This document shows, piece after piece, positions 51,750 to 62,564 of a DNA stretch of 64,000 nucleotides. Position numbers and translations under genes: made by a program. The notes beneath the pieces are model-generated. The model was given only the letters and a program-made list of their open reading frames with translations, did not search any database and was not told where the DNA came from. Origin of the DNA: Antedon mediterranea (lineage: Eukaryota; Animalia; Echinodermata); the NCBI RefSeq assembly GCF_964355755.1, contig NC_092679.1:23791432-23855431 (forward strand). The letters run 5' to 3'. Within the stretch, counting starts at the first letter, position 1. Each line of letters starts with the position of its first letter.

Positions 51750-53846
51750 TTACATTGACGCCACACTAACTTTCTTGTTAGGAGAGTATAGCATTCTTGT
51801 TACCTCTAGTACTTCAACTTCTATAATTTCGACCAATGTCTTTGTGACATTACGCAACGGAACACTCCCCATTATATCCAAACGCGCATTCATTTTCTTC
51901 ACAGTCGCGGATGCATTTTCTAGGTTCCCATTTTTGAGTGATACCTTAGCCTTTATATAAAGCACAAGTATGATAGGGTTCACGAGAAAAAACCACTGTT
52001 GAGATTTAGCAAATGTTTTGAACTGTCCATCCACGGCCCAGGCATTTAACATAAGAAATGATCTTGAAAAAAAGCCAATACTAATCATTCTATTCATCAA
52101 ATAGTGATTGTTTTTATTTTCAACGAGTATTGGTTCAAAATCCATAAGTTCCTTTTGCAATGCTTCCGAATTGTCCATTAAGTAATGGTGTATTATTATA
52201 TGAGCTTTCCCACCTGCACCTTGGTCAGACGATTTATCAGGAAAGATCATTTCAGCTCCTAATTTGTAGTAATGGAGAGGTTTATTTTCGTACAGAGCCA
52301 CATCATTTTGAGAACTTTTGCTCCAAAAATAAATCAAAAAATAAGTATAGAGATCTCCCAAAGCTCTATATAAAAGCTGTTTCACCATTGCGCCGTAGCC
52401 TTCTGGCACTATTCCTTCAATACTTTTAATAATTGGTATGACGATTTCCTCTGCTAGCCTAAAAATGTCAGAAGAATGACGGCCTTCTCCTATAAAATGT
52501 TCAAGCATTGAAGCAGTTCCCTCTAATAGTTTAAATCCTGCCATCATCGATGTTCTTACATCCTCTGAATTGTTGTAAAAGAAACTTCCTGTGCATATCT
52601 GAGAATTCGCCTTTTCAAGTTCAATTGTGGTCCTTGGGTGGCTGAGTAGCATGTTTTCAAGAGTTGAGTAGTCATCAGATGCAGTTACTCCACTGATTTC
52701 TAGGGCGTTGCACATATCGTTTAGAACCCTAAGTAAGACTGGATGACCCCTGACGTGACTTGACATTACCATCTTCCACAGATATCTTTTAAATACTGTC
52801 AGTTTTATCGTCGTTTCCTCACAAAGTTCGCTTGAAAGATGTCCGATTAAATTCTGTCTGGGTATAAAGTAAAGAGGCAGATTCCCTTGTTTATAGCAAT
52901 CAATGAGCCAGTCCAGGATTTTTCTGATTAAATCCATGAGACTGTAATCTTTATTTGGGAATGTTTCGCACATCCACAAGCAGGCTGTTTTTATGAAATA
53001 GGAACAGAATGACGTTGGTTTGTCAGGATCACTTGGTACAAAATGCTTGTTTTTAAGCGCCTTGAGTGCTATCATGCAGTTGAAGTATGGGTCACACATT
53101 TCATTAATAAGTTTCTTTTCCGCTACGGAAAAAGACAATCTCCATTCAGTGTCTTTTGAATCGGTACCAGGGTGACCAGTTGGCACTACAAAACAATCTA
53201 AATCAGAGACCTTGTTCAAAAGCTCTTGTGACGGCCACTTGTTTAGCCTCTCTCTAGTAAAGAAATCATCAGTGATAGGCGGCCATGATTGGCATTTGCA
53301 GCATAAAACTACGTCCCTCGTGTTTCCGTGTAAATCGTCTATTGGCGATGCAGAAACAGTCGACGGACCTTGAGTCTTATCTATACGAAGCCCATCTTTC
53401 TTTAAATCATGGTGTAACGCGCCTAAGAAGTCGGTTGACTTCATATACCCGTTATCAACAGTAATTCTAACATCTTCATGCAGAATGTCTTGGTCAACCA
53501 CCTTAAGTTTCAGGTAGGCTGGATGACTTGGATTATGCTCAGCCATTACATACCCACATTCATGATGGGTGACTACGGCTTGAGAGGGCCACCGAACAAC
53601 TGGAAAGATTGGCACATTCATCATGTGGTCGATGTCACCGCATACAATGTCAGGCATTCCTTCGAACATACTCCCAGACATAATATTATGGTATGGCAAG
53701 CATAGCTTTGATAGAAAGTTGAAATTTTGCTGTCCAACATTGGCTTCGATGATCCTAAGTGATCTACCAAGTGCCATAAATTCAATCGTGCTGCCAGCAA
53801 GTCTTTCCATTGCTTGACTTGTTTTCTTGTCAATGCTGTCACTCAT
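51750..53846 (-). CDS. cGAS-like receptor (Mab-21 nucleotidyltransferase, cGLR) paralog D, 698 aa, with C-terminal TPR-like helical region
   Basis: Uninterrupted ORF. Motifs: SGSMFEG..GDIDHM, RDVVLC, EWRLSFSVAEKKL, SYFIKTACLW and LPLYFIPRQNLI. Confidence 0.92.
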   Translation of the reverse strand: MSDSIDKKTSQAMERLAGSTIEFMALGRSLRIIEANVGQQNFNFLSKLCLPYHNIMSGSMFEGMPDIVCGDIDHMMNVPIFPVVRWPSQAVVTHHECGYVMAEHNPSHPAYLKLKVVDQDILHEDVRITVDNGYMKSTDFLGALHHDLKKDGLRIDKTQGPSTVSASPIDDLHGNTRDVVLCCKCQSWPPITDDFFTRERLNKWPSQELLNKVSDLDCFVVPTGHPGTDSKDTEWRLSFSVAEKKLINEMCDPYFNCMIALKALKNKHFVPSDPDKPTSFCSYFIKTACLWMCETFPNKDYSLMDLIRKILDWLIDCYKQGNLPLYFIPRQNLIGHLSSELCEETTIKLTVFKRYLWKMVMSSHVRGHPVLLRVLNDMCNALEISGVTASDDYSTLENMLLSHPRTTIELEKANSQICTGSFFYNNSEDVRTSMMAGFKLLEGTASMLEHFIGEGRHSSDIFRLAEEIVIPIIKSIEGIVPEGYGAMVKQLLYRALGDLYTYFLIYFWSKSSQNDVALYENKPLHYYKLGAEMIFPDKSSDQGAGGKAHIIIHHYLMDNSEALQKELMDFEPILVENKNNHYLMNRMISIGFFSRSFLMLNAWAVDGQFKTFAKSQQWFFLVNPIILVLYIKAKVSLKNGNLENASATVKKMNARLDIMGSVPLRNVTKTLVEIIEVEVLEVTRMLYSPNKKVSVASM

Positions 53847-55542
53847 GATGGATGTATAATGCTATTCTACTGATGTAGAATAACAAAAATCTTCCTAGCC
53901 TGCAATATTTCACGTGACCAACTAGCTCGAAACTAAAATGGAAATAATTTACCGCTGATGAATGAACGAAACTAACTCAGAAGTTCCAAAGTACATTTAA
54001 TCGATCTATAACCTAGATAAGATAATTATACTAATAGAAAGAAGTACGTTGGATAGCGATTATTCTGGAACCAATTTACGACTAATAGCTTGACAGTCCA
54101 AAGTCAATTGAGCGTTCAGCCTTTAGTTGATATTGAGTTTTTATACTTGAATTTACGGCATTTAGATTTCTCAAGTACCAGGGATATTTGGTAATACAAC
54201 ATCACATGTGTTTAACATGTATCTCCAAATCTTACACATAACTATTAAAAAAAAAAATTGATTGACAAGCAATTGTTATTAAATAGAACATGTTACATTT
54301 TAATGTAACATGTTCTATATACTAATAGCGGTAGTAATAAATCAAATATAGTTGTTTAATTACCTGGTATTTCTATGAAAAATAAAATGCGGGTTTTTTT
54401 ATTTTCTGAAAAAAAGTGTTCCATCTTTGTAATACTAAACATATTAAATAGTAAAATATTATTAGGGATCAATGCCCAACGACTAGGATTCTTAGATCAT
54501 AGACTAAAGCTCTACATACTGTATGTGATATAATAATGTTATGTGCCATTCTCAATGTACTTTGTATAAAGTGCAAATTACGTCAGAGTAAGGCAAACAT
54601 CTGACCACATACAAATGAAGCTAATCAATGTAGCTATAGTTGACCACTTTAGCCAAAGAATAATATATTATCGCTTTAGCTTAGAACCATAGTACAGCCG
54701 ACTGTATAGTATAGTTACATAGAAAATACGATAGCAACAATACGCAGGTGTTTATTTTGCATTATGGGATATACGCGTGCGGCGGTTCCATTTCAAATAT
54801 TTTAAAGTCTGAAACGCTCGTGTTCACACAATGAAGACATGTGAGAACACCTTTTCTTTTGAATAAATATAAATCATTTTATGGACTACAGTATGTTTAA
54901 ACTTGTACATTTTTAGTAAGATTCGCGCAATACAACTACAGGAACTTTGCAGCGGTTGGTATACGATGAACACGAGAGTAGGCTTTTCTCATATGAATTT
55001 AAAACAAAATTCTCTTACGGGGTTGATTCAAACGCGGAGGTGGGGGGGGGGGGGAGGAGAGATTAGGTACAAATGCGCGCGTACTGAGTGCGTATTCCAT
55101 CGCTACGCTGCGCTTGGCAACACGTCTGTTGTAGCGACGGCAATGGAGATGAACTCATTCACTACACGAACTTAGAAAGGTAAGCATCGCTAACAAAATC
55201 CTCCATAATATTACGCCTTTTTATCGCCTTTTTTGGCAATAATCTTGTAAAATATGTGTGATTAACAGAACGATTAAAAGTACAGTATTAAGCAAATATT
55301 TTACACAAATTTAAAGAAATTAATAGTTTATATGAAATGCAAAATTAGCCTTGTTTGTAGGCCTAGACCTAGATAGTTAACAATACTTCCATCACTGTGC
55401 CCCTCTGTGGGACTGGGGAGCTAACAGGAGTAGTTCGCCATCCTTTAGCACAATATGCTTATAAAAAAAATACCATACCCAATTTCACGACAACTCCTCC
55501 AGGACAACCTGTACTACCTTCAGTTTAGCCTCTCAATCCTAA

Positions 55543-55687
55543 AGCTCTGTCTACACTGTCAAACAAGTTTGACAAAAAAGGTGCGATGTGCCCAAATATG
55601 GTAGTGATATGCCAACATCAGATAGTGATATGACATCATCAAATACATCTTTTTTGTCACATAAACTTTGATAGTGTAGACAGAGCT
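55543..55687. mobile_element. PIF/Harbinger-like MITE with TAA TSD
   Basis: AGCTCTGTCTACACT ... AGTGTAGACAGAGCT, flanked by TAA on both sides. Confidence 0.85.
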
Positions 55688-55950
55688 TAAGGCTCGCCCG
55701 GATACGAATTATTATAAATCTGCATGTACAGTATTGTTAATTGTGTATTGTTTTGAATTCATATCTTGAATTTCTTACAGAAATGTATTCAATTCAAGTT
55801 CACATGTAATTTTTGGTGAGAAATTAATTATATCTTTATACCTATTATTACAAAATATTTGGTAATTTGTAACTTTCAAATAATCAATTATTACGGCAAT
55901 GTTGGGCATGTAGGCACATCTCAATAACATATACATTTTTATTTTAGATT

Positions 55951-58668
55951 ATGCCAGGACGAATTAAAAGTATATTCAAAAGGAGTGGTAAAAAACGGTA
56001 AATATATCGAAATACAAATTATTATTATTGCACAGATTGCAAAGAACGATAATAGTGAAACCAGTTATTAAGTGATTATACACAATTTAACTAATTTTGA
56101 AACATATTTTTTCCACAGAGGTTCTCGTTTTTCTACTTTTTTCAACAAGTATTTCCGATGCTGTTTTTGTTTCCAAAAACCTGATACTGATTATGAAGAT
56201 GTGGCTGCTACAGGCTACCACATGTGGGTCAAGATACCATCACACATTCGTGTTATATTGCTAAAGATAATATACGGCATTGATGTAAATTTACTTCAAC
56301 ACGACTTAGTTGGTTACTGTCCAGACACAACGCTTGACATCGCAATCAGACAATACGCAAGAGCCTTGGTCATCTTGGACAACAGCTGTATTGAAGACAA
56401 CGTCTTTCAACGAACTGGTATCAACATCACCATTTCAGAGCCAGATCATATTCTTGCACCAAACATCATTCGGAAGGGTTTCTCGCTGGACAAAATCAAC
56501 TTTGTTCCAGCACTGATGCAACCCATTGTGGTTGAGGGACAGTTTGCCGATTATGTGCAGAAGTACGTTAATAGTTCATTCCACGCAAGAGCTGCCTTAA
56601 AAACCCGATCAAGTCATGTTGTTAACATAAACCAGATGTTCAGCCTGTCTCACATCAGCATCGCAGAATGGTATCGTGTAAATCCTGAACCTTTATTAAC
56701 TACCGAGTCGTTTCACTTATGGAACGGTTGCTTTAGTTTGGAGACCACGTCATGCAAGGTGCGTATTTGACATTGTACAATTGATCACATTATAGAATGT
56801 ATTTTTTAATACAGTGCAGACTTGAATTATTAACAGTATTTTGATTTATTTATTACAGCATTTACATGTAAACCAGACGCCATTGAGGAATGTGCACAAT
56901 TCAGTAAACGCCAGATTATCATCATCGATACTAAGTACAAATTACAAACATGTAAGGGTAATTTTCAACATGACCATGTTTACTATTTATTATCTTATGT
57001 AAAATCCAATTTATTCTGTCTATAGTATAATCATTCCTAATATTTTAATTTCTTATCCACAGACCCTTTATTTACTACGTCATCCTTCACTGGACACATG
57101 CCATGAAGTATGTCATCGACTAGTGCTGCCATCCAAACCCGACATCGTTCGTTTACCATACAGATTGGAAATCTGCTACGATAAAAAGCTCTTTGTAACC
57201 TTCTCGTATAATTACACGCGGCGGTTTTCAGTGGATATCATCGTTGAAAATGACCAAGCTAGGTTGATCTTTGTGATGATCGCAAGAACATGGATACTAC
57301 TTGCCGGTAGCTATGATGCTGAAAACAGAATTGTGAAAGAAACGAGAAAGGTGACACATGACACGTGCCCCCTATTATACCATCTTTACAAAGCAATTTG
57401 TGGCTTGATGTATTTTGTCATTTTCAACATGGATCACCAATCCCCAACAATGCATCTACTCTCATGTGAAGAGCGCGAAACCACATTAGCTTTAAGCGAA
57501 TCATATGCAAGTTCTGTCAAGAATAACATCACCAGTCTTCAGAATGACGTATCTATACCGATTGCATGTCAAGCTGATGAAACCATCATCCTACAAGAAA
57601 ACAAACCAGCAGAATTGGTCTTTATTGACACGGATGATTTTGATGACGACATGAATTCTGTAGGAGCTCCAATGAGCGGTAAATGGCAGAATATCTTGTG
57701 CCTTTCTACCTCGTACCACGAACTTGGCCAGCACAGTGGAGTATTAACTCCTATCGGACCATTAGGCGATTTTAACCAACCTCATCATCTTATAATGTTG
57801 AACGCAATTTTACCAACGAATTCTCAAATGATATCAATGGCAGATTTGTACCCGATGTTTCTTTTAAATAAACAGGTAAGTTTCTTAAATTTGCTTATCA
57901 ATTTTATACTTGTAATCAATTTAATTTTAAACACAGGGATCTCTTTACATTTACTTCTCAGGTGACACTTGGGAAAGGTTCCTACGGTGAAGTAATGCTA
58001 AATCGACTGGGTCGTTCAGATGGCCCTCTTATTGCTGTCAAATCCTGCATCATTTCAAGTGACAAATCGAAGCAATTCCTGGATGAGTTGTCAGTTACAC
58101 TCGAAGCCCGTGTACTAATGTTGTTATCAAGAGAAAGCAAATTATTTCCATTTGTCTATGGGATTTGCGAGAAAGCTTCATTCGAACCTATAAAGAGAAT
58201 CGTCATCGAATACGTTGGTCACCCTGACCGTTTCAAATCTGTGACTCTATTTAAAGCCATCACCTTCAAAGATCCACCACTTACTCTCTCAGAAGGTCTA
58301 TATATAGCACTGGACATTGTAGAGGGAGTTCAGATAATGCAGGAACATGGACTAATTCATAACGATATCGCGACAAGGAACATTCTTCTCTATCATAATA
58401 GTAAGAGGTGGTCAGCCAAAATCACTGACTTTGGTTCGGTATGTCACGTTAAAGCCCCATTCGACTTCTTTCAGCTTTTCCAAACTCACTACCGACATTT
58501 AAATCGGATATTCACAGCGTTGGTGTAATGTTGCTGGACATGGGTTGTCGTCTGCGAATGAGACCTCTATATGAAATCGGCAAGAAGTGCACTCACGTTG
58601 ATCCAGACCGGCGACCTGTTATTAATGATATCGTCAACATGTTGGCAAACAAGATCAATATTTTATAA
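55951..58668 (+). pseudogene. Orphan protein kinase gene (TK/TKL-like catalytic domain, ~530-aa unknown N-terminus), frameshifted in the kinase C-lobe
   Basis: Phase-consistent exons 55951-55997, 56119-56758, 56859-56951, 57063-57875 and 57962-58668. Motifs LGKGSYGEV, IAVK, HNDIATRNILL and DFG are present. SDIHSVG and DPDRRP lie in another frame after ~58482, and no APE motif is seen. A likely 5' UTR donor is at 55180. It could be an intact gene with an assembly error or a polymorphic null. Confidence 0.75.
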
Positions 58669-59232
58669 TTCCCTTTCTTTCAGAAATTTACAATATTATT
58701 TTAATAACATATTTTATAATTTAATGATAATGTTTATGCAATATCACAATGTATATGTAATACTTTAGTTTTCTACAAATTAATCATAAAAAATGTATCA
58801 TTATCAGGAAAAGTCTAAGCTGCAAATAAATATATTATTTTTATAACATTAGCATTCTTGTTGTTTTGATTATTATTGTATGTAGACTTTTCACAATCAA
58901 TGCAAAACGTATCATTACCTAATTTTATATATTTCTTATATAACATTTTGATATTCTCCGAGATTGTTGATTGATTGATTGATTTTTTATTTTTCACACA
59001 ACATTCATAAAAATATAAATAAAAAATTAAGTACAATAAAGTGTGAAAAAAAGGGTAACCACAAGCAAGCAAAGCTTTTAATCTGTGGCACCCTAACTTA
59101 AAATATAAATTTACAAATATATTACAAAAATGTTTTCATGTAGTAAATAAATGAACGAAAATACAACGTACTATAATATAATATATATATATATATACTT
59201 CACAGTCTCAGAATATATAATTATATTTTTAA

Positions 59233-59357
59233 AACAAGGCCAACAGCCATAAGTCGCGTGCTAAAACGCATAGTGATACCGGACCGACAGACAGACCGAC
59301 AGACCGACCGACCGACCGACATAGTGAACTATAGAGTCGCGTCCACGCGACTAAAAA
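59233..59357 (-). mobile_element. Helentron-associated non-autonomous element (DINE-1/HINE-like), short form
   Basis: Minus-strand structure: TTTTTAGTCGCGTGGACGCGACT subterminal inverted repeat, (GTCG/GTCT)n microsatellite and 3' ACGCGACT..TGGCTGTTGGCCTTGTT end. Confidence 0.7.
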
Positions 59358-60817
59358 CAAACAATAACAATGAGTATGTATTTACATAATAAGAATGATT
59401 AATACTTGAGTAAAACGATTGATAAATTCCAGTCAATCTTTTTTCCATTTAGTTGTGTTGTATAAAAGAGGGATGTATTTCCCTTTTACACAGGAGATGA
59501 CCTCGAATAATCCAATAATAGTTTTAGTAAATCGGTCACAAAATTCATAATCATAATGAATCCATTTTCACAAAAAAATATAAAAAACTTGTAATGATCG
59601 ATTTATAATATCAGTGAGTCAATTAATAAAACCGTACTACATTTTTTGAAAAATATTCATAATCAGGTTTAAAAAAATGGATTCATAACTAACGATAAAA
59701 ATAGAAGAATAGTGCTGGTATTAAAAACTAATAACATTTATATAACAAAAACGAATGAGGGCCATCAAACTTTTATATAATTTTCTACATTACGTAAGTT
59801 GGACACTGATCATTTCTTACATTTTAATAATGAAACACGTGCAATTGAAAGTTACATAAAATGTAATGCAAATTTGTTTAAGAAGATACCTATTATGCAA
59901 ACAACCACATTTGTGCAAAAACAAAAACAAAAAAACATGTGCAAATTCATAGCCTAATCCACTAATGTGCAAACATAACGCCGTTATATGTAAAAGAAAT
60001 TCTACAAATTTGCAAATCATTTACTATAACGAAAATCAGTTTAACATTAGGAAAATAATACAGATACATGTTATTATAAATTTTTACTTGCATTTTTTAA
60101 ATAAATGTATGCATAACAGATTTATAACTTTGTTTTCTTCAAATACTGAAAATACATTGCGCTGTTTGAAATTGTCTACACAATCGAGTACAGTATTTTG
60201 ATTCAATTGGCACAAGGAAATCCCTTATGTAATTATACGATTTTTACTCACACCAGGCTTAAAATTTGAAGAATGTAATATGCTGGTATGTCATATAAAA
60301 ATTATAGTTTATCATTTTTTTATATCCAATGGATTATTAATCACGTGGGCTATGTTGCAAATTTCATACGAGGTTGTTGATCCGCTTTTGATCGACTTGG
60401 AGTTCAAAGTTGGAGCACTGCATGCTTTTTTGAATGGTTTTTTGGTTTACCATTCGGCAATAATTTACGATTAAAGCTTATTTTTATATAGTTGTTTTTC
60501 CATATAATTATACTGTTTTGTATTTGATGAATGGAGAGAATGTCTCCTGTGTGTACTTCCTTTTAGTAAAAAACTGCAAACCTAACTTTATAATATCATC
60601 GTTATGATACACAATTAATAAAATAATAATTAAACTTAAATTATACCTGTTATAAATTAATAACGATAAACTAATATTAATTTAATTAGATGTAAATAAA
60701 AAAACAAATCTAATCCGAAACATGGTTTGTTCTATATAAACTGTGGTAGTTTATTATCATGTTATATTAAATTAATTATGATGAAATTGACCTATACAAC
60801 AAAACAAAACACAAACA

Positions 60818-60866
60818 TTTTTAGTCACGTGGAAGCGACTCTATAGTTCACTATGTCGGTCGGTCG

Positions 60867-60897
<31 letters not shown>

Positions 60898-61653
60898 GGT
60901 CTGTCTGTCGGTCTGTCTGTCGGTCTGTCTGTCTGTCTGTCGGTCCGGTATCACTATGCGTTTTATCACTTTATGACCTTATCTTTATATCAGTTTAATC
61001 TAGCTAAGTCAATTTTTCACAGAATATTCCTTGTGACCAGGAATCGATGTGGTTATGTTTTCACGGTGCGCAATAAAAAATTACGCGGTCTACGCACGAT
61101 TTAACGAAATCACGTTTGTAATCATATCTTAACAAACATGAATCACAATTAAATAAAATTTGGTACTCATAAATTTCAGGGCATAAATCATCATATTATG
61201 GCAATACAATTACGTGCGTAGCGCGTGTAACGCATGCGTAAGCGCGCTTAAAATTTTCAAAATTTATTTTCGATGAAATAAGAGTACGTTTCAGGCAATT
61301 TTAAGCGTTTACAAAATTGCCATGAGTGCGCAGATTTTTGCGCGCGCACTGCGCGTTAAATGTTATTGCGCACTCTTCTTGCCCGTTTCTGTTTTCTTGA
61401 CTTACTTTTCAACTCGAAATTACGTTATACGAGCACGTCAAAAGTGACAGGCTACGCACGTGTAAATTAAAAAAATATAAATGTTTTTAAACATTTCAAC
61501 ATTTTTAAACATGTTCAGTAATTTCGGTCAGTATAGTTCACTATGTCGGTCGGTCCGTCTGTCTGTCGGTCTGTCTGTCTGTCGGTCTGTTTGTCTGTCG
61601 GTCCGGTATCACTATGCATTGTAGCACGCGACTTAATGGCTGTTGGCCTTGTT
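60818..61653 (+). mobile_element. Helentron-associated non-autonomous element (DINE-1/HINE-like), long form
   Basis: Same termini as 59233-59357. Two copies of the TATAGTTCACTATGTCGG-(GTCT)n-CCGGTATCACTATGC core bracket ~570 bp of internal sequence. Confidence 0.75.
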
Positions 61654-62469
61654 TAATAATTGTTTAAGGGAGTATTTAGTATTTTTGTATGCTTATTAGA
61701 TCTATATACTATTATTTCGATGTATAGTAATCATTGTACTATATAACTAGAACCAAGACAATCAATTGACTTACATTAATGATTCTACTTATTATATAAC
61801 TTATATAACTAGTAACTTGTATAACAATTTGTTTAAACTGCGGGTATGTCTTATGGAATGAATGGGCTTGTTACCGTGTCACCTGGCATGAAACCATTGT
61901 CCTCACGTTTACTATAAGACGTATCTGTGTCAGTTCTATAAAGTGAAGATCAAACAATAGTAAATATATTAAACTGGAAACTCACTTATCAAGTAAATAC
62001 AGATAAAATAAACATTTTATGACAACATAAAAAAAAGTAAAAGCTAAGCAATCAAATGGGAAATTGACAATAAATTCAGTTGTAAGCAGGTTGATTTATA
62101 GAATGGATTTATAGAAAATATACAGAAGGTATCTGGATTCGCTGCCAACATAGCGTAACATAGCTCCCGGCTGGTTATCGACAGAGTAAGTTTACAAGAT
62201 TTTGTAAATATAAGAGTCACATCAGGCTTCTTATTTAACTGTATTGGTGCGCTCGAATTTTGTTAGGAGGTCAGTGCCACAATATTATTATCGATAATTA
62301 ATGTATAGGCTCATTAATCTTTTTAATAAGAGGTCAAGGCCGATGTTACCGTCACAATTTTGGGACAATCATGGGAGACTATAAAAGAAACCTATCATTT
62401 ACTATTTAGGATACGTTATCTTTTTTCCTCCGATTTATTTGTGAATTAACAAGTTCATATACAAAGCTG

Positions 62470-62564
62470 CAGTCGCGTGGTCAAGTTAGTGTTTACCGCC
62501 CGACCAACCGACCGAACGGCCTACCAAACGACCAACATAGTGAGCTGTTGCACGCGACTAAAAA
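62470..62564 (-). mobile_element. Degenerate HINE-like element
   Basis: AGTCGCGTG ... (CCGA/CCAA)n ... CATAGTGA ... CACGCGACTAAAAA. Confidence 0.5.

Noticed and set aside
44839-58668. Bacterial CBASS operon (CD-NTase plus effector) or contaminant/HGT
   Set aside because: The motifs are animal Mab-21/cGLR type, the neighbours have spliceosomal introns, and the genes are separated by kb-scale spacers with eukaryotic TEs and lie on opposite strands.
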